Source of the DNA: Botryllus schlosseri
Taxonomy: Eukaryota
NCBI GenBank assembly: GCA_051294905.1
Contig: CM119372.1
Location: forward strand, 18,786,001 to 18,850,000
Length of the DNA: 64,000 nucleotides
Reading direction: 5' to 3'
Shown: positions 1-11,800 of the stretch, one piece after another
Layout: each line of letters starts with the position of its first letter
How positions within the stretch are numbered: the stretch's first letter is position 1
Position numbers and translations under genes: made by a program
Notes under the pieces: model-generated
The model's input: the letters and a program-made list of their open reading frames with translations, nothing else
What the model was told of the DNA's origin: nothing
Databases searched by the model: none

Positions 1-2580
1 AATAAGTTCCCAGAAATTATTGTGTTACCACTAGCAATTGTATTTACAGACAATTAGGCACCAAATGTTTGAAAAAATGTAACAAAGAACATTTTTGCTA
101 GTAAAATACATGAAATAAGCGAGTTTTTGTTGCAAAATGACATTGAAAAGAATGATGACAATCCACAGTATAAACTTGAAGCTATCGATGAAAAGATGCA
201 AAAAATTCAATTATTCTACAACCCCGGAAAAAATTTCCTCTTATAACTTCTGCGTTTGTACGCTTTTTGAGGACAGTCACGTTTGATGCCCCAACAATAA
301 TCCGCCATCATATGTCGATCCCACCGACCTTGGTAGCGTTCTTCCACTGTCATGAGATCCTGGTGGAAACGCTCTCCCTGTTCATCACTGACAGCCCCAA
401 GGTTTTCAGGGAATTTGTCCAGGTGGCTGTACAGGAAATGTACTTTTATGCTCATGTTGCATCCTAAATCACGAAACCCTGAGAGCATCTTTAATACAAG
501 TGTTTCATAGTTTGGAGCCTTTCTGTTGCCAAGAAAGTTCTTTATAACATCTACAAAAGATAGCCATGCAGCTTTCTCCTTGACATTCATTTTCTGAATG
601 AAGTTTTGGTCACGAATAAGTGTACGTATCTGTGGTCCATTAAACACTCCTGCTTTAATTTTATCATATGACAAAGCAGGGAAAGTATGAAGGAGATGAC
701 GAAAGGATTCATTGTCAGGATTTAGAGCTTTAACAAACTGTGTCATGAGACCTAGTTTGATGTGCAGGGGCGGAAAAACAATTTTTTCTCTGCTTACGAT
801 TGGGTTGTGTGTTACATTAGACATGCCAGCTTGAAATGTTTCACGTAAGGGCCACTCCTTCTGTGTCTAATGTTTTTCACGTGCTCTGCTGTCCCACATG
901 CATAGATAACATGGAAATTTAGTGTATCCTTTTTGCTGACCTAGCAGAAAACTAACCATTTTGAGGTCAACACAAATGATCCAGTTGTGCTCATGATATC
1001 TGAGCAAACCCATAACAGTTTTAATGTCATCATGCCGTTCCGTCAAGACAGTGGAGTGACCAACTGGAACAGCTCCATAAACATTTCAATTGTGTAAAAG
1101 GACACACTTGAGGCTGCGCTTGGAACTGTCCAAAACAATCACCATTTTCCTGGATCGTACGAGGAGATACCCAATTGTCCGAGAAGACCAGGTATATCGT
1201 TGCAAAATACCAGCTCATTTTCCTCTGAAAAATAGGGAAGAAAGAATTCTTCTCTTTTTCGAAAAAATACCTTTACAGATTGATCCAGAACCTGTTTTCC
1301 TTGAGTCTGGAGGCTAAGAGCTCAGCTGCATGCTTGGACAAATCTAAATCACGTACGAAGTCATTCAGTTCTGATTGATTAAACTGCTGAACAGCTACTC
1401 TGGTTTCACAAAAAGAGAGTTCAGATTCAGATCCTGTATCTGTTCTTTTATACTCCATTTCCATAACCTCTTCCCTTTGCGATTCAGTTTCCTCATCTTC
1501 AGAAAATGTAAAACCACTAAACACTGGAGGAGGGAATCTATCAGAGTGCGGAAAAGGTCGTATAGCTGATGGTATACTTGGATAAGAAAGCATTTGTCGG
1601 CTCTTCCTGCCAACACCTTTTGTATTTACCATGCAAAAGTAGCAGTCAGTCGTGTGATCTTAGGGTTCACGCCACACCATTGGAATGCCAAAAGGCAGAC
1701 TCTTCCGCTTTCCTTTTGTCCAGTCTCTGAGCATTTCTTCGCAGTTATGGCACACAACATGTGGAGACCATTTCTTATCTTGATCGCCAAGATGGATGCC
1801 AAAGTAAGCTCTGTAGGCACGCTTCACGAACGATGTTATATTTCGTCTTTGACGAGAAAGCGTGTACACACCACTGATATAACAAAATGAATCAGGTTTA
1901 TTTTTGCATTTAAATCTACTAGAAGAAGCCATGACCAAATCTGAAAAAAGTTCAGAATCGAAAGAAAGTCTGGTGATATCTATGTGCTTAACACAACCAA
2001 AAAGAATAAAAAACCATGGTTCTAATTAAGGCTACCAGCAGACAAGTGTAAAATAGAGCTTATAGAATATCCTACAGCATCTATCCGCAATACCTCACTA
2101 TAATCAAGTTGCCTAACTTCTTCAAATGCCCTTAAACAGCAGTAGGCTACAACTTGAAAGAGCTGAAAGCTTCTATCTGAAACACTGGTACTGTACCATA
2201 GTACAGACAACGCACACACAAATAGCCTAACTTTGAAAACCTGAGTAGCAGTAAAACATGCTGTTAAGCAAGCAGGCCTGCAAAACTACTCCTCCACCAT
2301 GTGCAAGTCAGTCAGCAATGACTAGCAAATGTTCACAATGGTTCAGATGATGTATACAAAAAGAAAAAGGGCTGGATAGATAAAAAGTGTTCTATGCAGA
2401 TCAGATTTATGCACTAAATATGTGCCACAAACGAAAAGAAAAAAAAATTGTCGATTGCATGAAAACTAGAGCATGCATAAAGAAACTGATTGCAGATTTG
2501 AAATCAGCATCCTAAAATTGTGTAGAATCAGTTAAAAAATCTCATGCAACAAGAAACGAAAAAAGATTTGTTGACCAGTG
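1..2580 (-). mobile_element. DNA transposon carrying the decayed transposase, antisense within a KMT2C/D intron; other end lies upstream of the window
   Basis: Apparent terminus ...aaaagatttgttgaccagtg|tta at 2580 (minus-strand 5'-CACTGGTCAACAAATC), about 650 bp upstream of the transposase start; the matching terminus is not visible in the window. Confidence 0.65.
216..1932 (-). pseudogene. Disrupted DDE-type transposase of a widespread invertebrate DNA-transposon family (N-terminal Cys-rich domain, WREP..DCYFC, HIKLGL, SDEQGERFHQD motifs)
   Basis: ORF fragments 1660-1938, 1273-1632 and 216-824 are collinear pieces of one protein: MASSSRFKCKNKPDSFCYISG...MVWREP*DHTTDCYFCMVN...LASRLKE (frameshift near 1290)...W*LF/SSKRSLKCVLLHN*N...IICVDLKMVSFLLGQQKGYTKFPCYLCMWDSRAREKH*...FPPLHIKLGLM...SDEQGERFHQDLMTVEERYQGRWD. 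At least four in-frame stops and two frameshifts. Superfamily not assigned with certainty. Confidence 0.88.
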
Positions 2581-2859
2581 TTATGATTTAAGACCACTAA
2601 TTCAACTTCTATCTCCAAGTTTTCAGTTTTTAGCGAAACTAGGCCTGGAATACTTGACCTTTTTACTTTCTTGGAAATTGTTACCTGTACTTGAATGATA
2701 ACAATGTTATATTGCGTTATCTTGGAAAAACATTGCTGAGTGCTTTACATAGACGATATTGCAAACGCCAGCTACAGAACAATTTCTCACCACTATTTGT
2801 CGCGGGTGTGAGTAGCGTCATGGCAAGTTTTTCATTTTTCCTATTTCCTTCATTATCAG

Positions 2860-5800
2860 GAGAAGCCGTAAGCCATCCGATGTCCAAGACAAATTAGATC
2901 CCCCACCGCCTGTCTTGCCCACGCTGGAAGGGATTAAGTCTAAGCAGGCGCTGGGACAGCCGATCAACGTCGCCGATGCTGTTAAAGCGTTGCAGGAACC
3001 TTCTGAAGTTTACAGGAAGCTTGCCGGTAAGACCGTTGTACAATCGACGTAGGAAGCACTTTGGCTGAATGGAATGCGTGGTTATGAGACGGAATTGGTT
3101 CAGTAGCTTTGCTTTTGAAGATGTGTGCTCTTGTCATACCAAGTTGACATCTGAATATCAGCTATTGTATGTAAGCGTTAACAGTAGATTGCCGAAAATA
3201 AGATATGTTTGTAGGGCTCGGCGCAGTGATTAGAGCACTTGAATCTGAACTGACTAATAATGAATTGTTATGATTCAAGCCCCTTTCCACTGAGAATTAT
3301 ATAATCAAAAATACTTTTAATACTATCTTCCCATCATGGGCCTTAAAGCCTTGGTTGATTGTCTTACTTTATCAAAAACAAGTAGCGCAGAGCTACTGAC
3401 GTTGCTGGAACTAACATTTCTGTGAAGTCAAGATCAACCCGTACCGTAAGAAAGTCAAATGGAGTAGAACAGATTTAATATGTTGACTGACTGACATTAT
3501 TTTCGGATCACATAAAGGGTATTTATTTACACACATCATCCATATTTGTATGACGTCATGACGAGTGATACTCGCAGCCTAATTCTCGATTCGGAATTGA
3601 ATTATTCAGGTCTGGATTTGCCCATCCCTATACGGCAATGTCAGCTCCCTCTCATGATCAATTTCTTTGGTGCTCAGATTCTTGAACCCAGCCCCATGAA
3701 TCAATGTATCATGTTCACGGACGAATGTGTGTGAGTTGCTGTTTTGATTCTGAAAGCTAGTTTACTGTGTTATATTTTCTCTCTTTGAGGAAATATACAA
3801 ACTTTCCTATTGTTTTACTGGGCGTGACAACCAATTCTAAAACAAATTTACCCACTTGTCATACTTCTTGGTTTCACGAGTCTGTGAAGTTGTCCCGCAT
3901 TACAGAATTGATGGACACAACTCCAGTGCAAACACGAGGTGGTGAAGTGGCCCCGGCCGGTATTATGGACACTCAAGAATCGACAATAGAAGGCGCAGAG
4001 AAAAGTGAGACTTCCTATTTTTGCCCGTGTGACTATCAGAGATAGGCGGGTTTAATATATCCATTTTAAATCTTGTTCTGAATTTGAGCTTCAAATATAC
4101 ATATCTAAATTCAGAATTCATTTCGTGTTGTGTCCACATTCTCTAGTGGCAGAAATTTGATCAAAAAGTCGCACGAAAGAAAGTTGAGAAACATTTCATG
4201 TCCAAGTACGAATCCAATTCCAGCATCAAAATATTCCTAAATCGATGTTAGATCCAAGCTTTCATCTCTGGTGTCTATAAATGGTGTTCAATTGTACATT
4301 TTGATCTACATGGTGTGCTTTACAGGTATGCCGTCAAACGCAGAAGGCTTGAAATCTCCTCCGGTTGACGTGGAATCTGTCACTCCAAAGTGTGACGAGC
4401 CAGGTGCTGGAATGGCCTCTCCTGACCCCACTAAAGTTGCGTTGGGGATAGCAGACGGCGGAGTCAAGAAAAGAAGAAAGCCGTATCGACCTGGTAATGC
4501 TTGAAGTATTCCTATGGAATTTCAAGATTCGATTTGCTGTGTTATCATATTGTTTTATGTCGGTCATAGGTGACCAGTAATGAAGTACTACTCTTTCGAG
4601 TGATTGTTGTTAGAGCACTTCCACTTCTACTTGAACAGTTTTAGGAACTTTTAGTATACAAAGCATAAAAGTATAGTAGTCTTTAGTCTTTGGATAGGAG
4701 TGAAATTATGATCAGAACCGTGTAAAATGAAGTAGCTTTACCATATCTTGATTGGTTCATGAAAAGCTCCCCACTAACACAATATCAATCTTGTCCATGC
4801 AGGCATCGGCGGTTTCATGGTGCGTTCTCGCGGACGCGGCGGTTTCTTGAAGCCGCGCAGCCGAAGAACGGTATCTCAGACTGCCGCGAAAGCACCAGGC
4901 CAAGATTCCAAAAACGATCAGAATAGTACGGTGCCCGGGAACGAACCAGCCTTACCGGCTCCTGACCCATCTCTGAATCAGGCTGGCGACGGTGGGTTTT
5001 CACATTGTGTGATGTACGAGGTGACTTTTTAGCATGCGACCGTTATTTTATATTTACAGTGGTGAATTCAAACGTAGCTGATCCTGTCAAGAGTGGAATT
5101 CCGCCAGCAACAGGTGTGTGCATACAGTAGGCGACTTGGTCTTGATTGCCAATCGTCCTCAGGCAGAAGTGATTAGTAAAGAAGTACTTCTATGTTATTG
5201 CCATTAGACTATATCTACCTAAGGTTTTCCTTCAATCGGAAAAAACTAGGCGTATAATACTTTGGAAATCGCTATGTGCACTTTAGTGGGAATTTACCTT
5301 TTCAGTGACTGTGGAAGATTTGGTCAACCCGGTCAAGTTGAAGGTGCCAGTGACGGCGGCCCCCGCGGCAAAACACCGTAAAAAGAAACGCATGAAGCTA
5401 ATCGATCAATTCCCGGTTTATCTCCAGGTAAGGAGACGACGTCTGTTTGTCTCAAAAAATTATTGCACGTAAGAAAGCAAGAGTGATAAGTGATGTTGAT
5501 TTTTGTTGCCGGTTTTTCATTACAGGACGCTTTCTTTGGGAAAGAAGTCATGGGCGTGGCGGAGGCAAAATCGAATCCGTTGGATGAATTGAACGAAGCT
5601 CCAGTCTCGGCTATAAGGTTGGTGATGAGTTATTGACTAATGGCTATTTTCGCTGAGGGCAGTATGATATCTTGTCTTAAATCGTGCTCATAGTGTCGCT
5701 AGAGCAGCCGCTGTGAGAAAAACTCGTCTTTCTGGCGCCCTAGCCTTCTATTTTCCAATGTACTTTATACAGATTGATAACTCTTTCAAGTGTTTCTGCC

Positions 5801-8800
5801 CTGGTAAGTAAAGCAAACGGGCCTCCATCAAAGTAACACATTCCACATCCTCACGTGCTAGGATAGTTTTACCGAAATATATGTCCTAGGACAGTGTGAT
5901 TCATGCAGACTGTCATGGAACTGTTGGATGATTCGCCAATATTACCCGTACATTGTGCAACTTGGTATTGGAGACGCTTTTCTAGTGACTAGTTTTCATT
6001 GGAACTTAACATGACTCACATATGCTATTCTTTTACTACAGCTCAAAACAAAACAGCGATTCCAGATTAGTCTTACCAGACCGAATCACGCAGCGACTCG
6101 TAGCGCAAGCCGCCCATCAAACCAACGCCGTAAGTACTATATTCTGCAACGCAATCTCGCAGACGCATTCGTGCTGAACACCGTGTGAAAATGCGCGTTT
6201 TGCAGGGTGCGTTTAAATCGCAACGCGGCACGAACCAGGATGAGGATGCGATCATGATGGATCGCGAAAACGAGCAGGAGCTGCTCGGAGTTTTGCCCGA
6301 TTTGCCCTTCAAAGACGACGATCTGCTGGGGATGATTTCTTCGGAACTAAAGCAGGATCAGGGTAAGTGGACTTCTTATCTGAAATCCGGAACAAATATC
6401 ACATTCGCTATACAACGCCACTGGAATATGACATGTGCATATTTCAATTTTAGTCGAAATGATAACAGTCTGGTGGCGACACTAAATGTTTGTGATTGGC
6501 CAATATTCAGCTGTTTGTCGAGTAGTCCGTGATTTATATTGACAGTGTCCTTGCACAGTGAAAGGTATTTCGCATAACCCAGTTGTGCATTTTCCATAGC
6601 TGTACTGGTCACAGCTTTCCTCTTGCACATCGTTTTTTGCGGCACTTTGTATTTGCATCAATTCTTTTTTATTTTTGTGACGGGAAGAAATGTTTGCAGG
6701 TCCCGGCGAGAGTCACGATCACATCCTGAGTCCGTCATCTTTGGAAAAAATGGTTCGGGATGGTTTTGACGAAAGCGACATGGCTGCTCTGTTTTCAGAT
6801 GTACTCAGTCATCAGACTGATAACGCCTCTGCACACGGTCATGTTCCAGGTATGCAGATGGATTCATATTCATTTATTGATGCATTCGATATCGTTATGT
6901 TCTCCGAATCATTTTGCGTTTGCTCCTCGATTCAGAATACATGGGGACTCCATCTGTATATAAAACAGTTAGCAAAATGCAATGACTTTGAATCATGTCT
7001 CGTACTTTGAAAATTCAACTTGACTTGACTAGTGACTTGGCTTGACTCGAGTCAAAATGTGCAATGACTCGAGATATCTTGTGACTCGAAGGTAGGGACT
7101 TGATCTCAACACTTGTAACAAGTGAGAACTATAAGCGGTAGACCATACTGAATCAAATACTCCAAAACAGTAGAAAGTAGCCTACCTTGTTACTGTAAAT
7201 CTTTTAGCATCCAGTAGACCAACGTACTGGTAAATCAGTATGCGATAACGCCGTCCGTTTAGAAACCCTGACAAGGACAGTAGGACAGAGCGTGAACCAA
7301 CCTCAAAAGTCGCATCCGGTTATGCAGCAGGAAAACAGGCCGCAGCCGGCATCGCACACACCCATGGAAATACAGCAGGTATGCGTCAATCGAAATCAGT
7401 TATTTTTATGCTGAAAAATGGAAACTTTTGACAACTTTTGACCTTAAAAAGTTTGGTGTATGAAGAATTCGTGTAGATGAATTACACATTGTACAACTAG
7501 TTGAAATCTATTGGTAGTTCAACGAGAGATACTTGTCTAAATTTTCTGAACTGTCTGATCTCGTGAAGTAGCTTACCATGAATGGAAACTGTCTAGTTGA
7601 AATCCAAGATTCGTTGTCAGTATGTTTTATATTTTCGGCTTTTCATAATATAACGGGTCTGAAAACTTTTTATAAAAGAACGAGAACCCGGTGATTTTCG
7701 AATAAAGTTGCCGATCGAATAACAGTGCAAGGAAATGGACACACCGAAAAATAGGACAATGCAAAATAAGTGGCAACGTTGGAGCCAAATAAATGGGCCA
7801 TTTACAACAATTTGAAGTAGGCTACAACAGTGGTTCTTAACCTGGGGGTGATTACCAACAAAGCGGTAATTTGCCAATTTTGGTGGGGTGATTCAAATTG
7901 TCATTTTTATATACTTATAACGGTGCGCTGAAGTATTTTCAAACGTAAATATGAATGTATGCTAACATGTATTTTTGCGAGCTTGTATAAATTTCGTTTC
8001 ACTTAACGCACCATCCGTGCTCTGATATCATAGTAACCATTAGTGATTATGAATAACAGGGCCCAGGCGCGTAGCCAGAGGGGGGGTTTCAGGGGTCGGT
8101 ACCCCCTCCTTTAGAAGCGTGAAACCCCCTTCTTATACGCGAAACCCTTTTCTTTTGAAATGATCGTTCTGACGCTAATGGTCGGTTGCAATTCTATAAG
8201 TCGTATTATCAGTGTTGAGTGCGGCCAATTAGCGAAAGGCGTGTAGCCAATTAGCGTCCGTGCCTAATGTACTATACACAATGTAACGCGACACGGTCAC
8301 CCGCTGAGATGATTGCGAAATTAGGTCATTCATTGCCACGTGGTCGGCAATAGTTGCTAGCCTGATTTGTCGCGTCTCCAACAAGCCTAGTTCCGCTGGC
8401 TTGAATAATCTCATCTGCTATAGGCCCGGTGTGCACGATATCATCGCTGACCTACACAATCGCATCTGCAATAGGCCTAATACGAAAGATATATCAATAG
8501 ATCATCGCTAGCCTAACTCCATCGCTAGCCTAACTATCGCGTCTCGGGCCTAGCATGGTTTGGCTCCTATCTCTCGATGGCTTGGAGACCATGCCGTTGA
8601 TTGTATGCTGATTAGCGATTGTGATTAAAGAGCGGCATCGCGAAACTGAAAGACATCGAATGTCCGTAAACATGTGCGACGCGTGCGTAATATATCTCCG
8701 CTAATACTTAAACATAACCATCAGAATATGTGTATCGACTTGAGTTATAAAATAGGACAGGTTTGAAGCACCTGAAATCAGCGTCATTATGGCACATATT

Positions 8801-11800
8801 CCCAAAAATCTCGGACATTTCGACTTGCACAAATAGTCGACGAGGCTGCGTTGATGAGCGTTCGTATTTAATTGTTCGACGCTTTGATAAGCGCAGGTAT
8901 TTAATTGTTGGCGACAGATCAGGGAGTCGCTAATAAACAGTACTTCCGGACTCGTCGACAAGCTTATCAAACGCGTATAATCGCGAACACGAGGAGATTG
9001 TATAATGTATAATCGTCATTTACGCATGTAGTTAACCCTAATGAATTGACGCTATATTAAGTGAATTCGCAAAACATCGAAACCCCGCCCTTGTATTTTA
9101 AAACCCCTTCCTTATTTTTCGGCTGGCTACGCGTCTGACAGGGCCGAATGTAGTTTAGTATGGTGCTAGGTAAGTCCAATTTATTTGCAGTAGTTTGGAT
9201 CATATATTGCTACGCATGCTGGCAAATTGAAATACAACAAGGGGCGTCGAAGTTTAGCTTTACACCTATAATGCAGTAACAATATCGTAGAAATATGGTT
9301 GTTAACTAGTCTAGTTGGTAAAATTGAGTCTGAAATCATCAAAATGCCTTTAAGGTTCGCCTTCGAAATGAATAACAAATCTTTATCATGACGGCGTTGA
9401 ACTTTCTGATTGAATTTCCTTCAACTTATTTCTGTGAAGTAGGATCTTCTGAAACGGTATCTATCAAAACGAAATAAGTTTGCGATTGACAATTGCATGA
9501 GATGCTGTCTATTATCCTACCCTTTGTATAGATTTGACCGCTAGATAACACGAAAACAGCATCAGCCTTACCATTGACTTGATCTCTTACACAGGCATTT
9601 CGGTGTACATTATGACGTCATCTTATCGCTGTTTTACAACTAATTGAGTGCAAGCTGTAATTTTTTTTTTTTTTATAAGGGGTAATTGCGTCCCGTCATT
9701 TCCTTCTTTAGGGTAATGATATGAAAAAGGTTAAGAACCACTGGGCTACAAGGTGTAAAATGCAGAGTGAAAAGCCCATTGACAGTGCAACCCCTACGAC
9801 CCCAAGACAGTGTTTAGACTTTGTAAACAATTTTGACAAATCTTGACCCGTCGCAGTAGATTTGACCAATTTTTTACTTGACACACCTAAGAAAAAGAAT
9901 CGCCATAGTTATGACATGTTTGAACTCGTAATAGGAGAGTGCTCCCACTAGCGACGAACAGCGACAACGCCAGCTTGCGATTCAAATGGAGCTGCAACAA
10001 ATCGAAATGAAGCAACATCCGCAAATGGTGAGGCAGCGACAGCACGACGTCATACCAAGACAACTCGGGGTCAACACGCCCCAGCCGGGGTACGGGGTCG
10101 CTCAGCAATCGGAACAAAACATCCAGCCCAACATGGCCAATATCGAACACGGCAGGCCGATGTGTGCCCAGCCCGGCCCTCCGCAACGCCAGCAGAGTGT
10201 CCCGGTGTCGCCGGCTATGATTGGCGGCTCTCAGCATGCCGTGTCTTTCAATCAGATGAAGCACTCGGGACGCAGCCCACATCCTACACCGCCGCCTATG
10301 TTTGCGAGACAAGCATCTGTGCCGGCTGGTATACCGAGCCAGACCCCGGTACAGGCAGATGTGATGTCGGCACGGATGATGAACGCGGGAGTGACGTCGC
10401 AGAGTATGGTTGGCAAGCCTGCGCATCCGAAAGGTAATGAATTAGAGTGCATTAGTAGATTTTCTTTTGTGCTACTCGGCATTGTTTTTTAACAAAAATT
10501 TCTTTGCGATGTGATAATTGGCGTAGCACACAAGGTAGAATATGATAACTGTATCGCTTTTTTCTCCATAGATTCGAATAATCCTCGCTTGAATAAATAA
10601 CCACAGTCTTTTAGCGTGACGGTCAAAGTCGTCATTGTTGGTTCTTTCGTAGAAGTATAGTCATAAATTTCTACTTGGGTAGAAATAGCTTTTTCCAAGG
10701 GTTTGAGAACGTAAGTTATGAATAAAATTTGTAGTAGGTCAGCGACCACCTTCGTCAACCTGCAATAAATAGCAAATCCCAATTATATATTTCCAACCTA
10801 CAAATAGCGTAATGGTGGAGCGTTAGACTTCTTGATCGGTAGGTCGAGGGTTCATTCCCTGGCCAGGTCAGACGAAAGACCTGCAGTAAAACTGGTGTCC
10901 ATGGCTTCCCCGCTTAATGCGCAGCGTTCCTGGGGTAGCATGGAGTGACGGTGCAAGACTTGAAAAACTTTCCAAGACGCATTTTTCTTCAGGTATCGCA
11001 CGGGATCAGTCCATGATCGGCGGCCTACCAACCACCTTACCGGACTCCTCATTAGCGTCAAACCTGTATCAAGGCTTCCGAGGCAACGAAACCGTCCATG
11101 GGTCTGTCCCGGTCAGCATGAAGCCCACCTGTGTGACGACTCCCTCGCAGACCCGGCACGACTCCATGACTAAAACCGCCGCTTTGAGTATGTCCCAGCC
11201 GGCCTCTGGATTGCAAATGTCGACGCAGCATCCTATCGTAGCGGGACAACAAGGCCCCTATCTTACGTCTACAACACCATTGACGCAGCCTTCCATATCT
11301 CCCGGGTCGGCTACTCACAAAAGGTCATCTTCGGTGCCGATTATCGGTCAGAACGAGCCCGGCGTCCAGAATGTTCAAGTGCGGATTGATATTTCAACCT
11401 GTTGCATTGCTGAGAGTTCTGTGATCGACCATTCTCTTTTTAGATGCAAGCTGTCACGCCAGAAGCATCCGACAGGCCGGTATCTTCGCAATTGCCTAAT
11501 TTTTCGAGGTATGTTTTGCTGCATTCCGATTTGATACCCAGAGACAGACACTCGCTGCATCGGTAAAATCTATTGGGGTCGGCAACACTTTGGATTGACA
11601 TTTGGCAGTACTTATCAGGCGCTGTTGGGGTACCGCTGCATAGCTACTTTTTCTAAATATTGCCAAGAAGATCTATTTAGTTGGGAAATGGTTCAGTGAT
11701 TCCATAGTATATAATCAGGTAGAGTTCGTTTCAGTGATAAGTCGTACGTGTTGGGGATGCTCGAGTATATTGTGGTAGCTTCCAGACAAGGTTTAGTATG

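Noticed and set aside
3610-3734. Possible extra KMT2C/D exon (GLDLPIPIRQC...)
   Set aside because: Exons 2860-3026 and 3906-4004 already join in phase; no phase-compatible donor or conserved motif was found here.
9887-10426. Long antisense or alternate-frame ORFs over GC-rich exons (also 19147-19503, 19272-19697, 25649-26050, 37952-38416)
   Set aside because: These are shadows of KMT2C/D coding exons with no recognisable motifs of their own.
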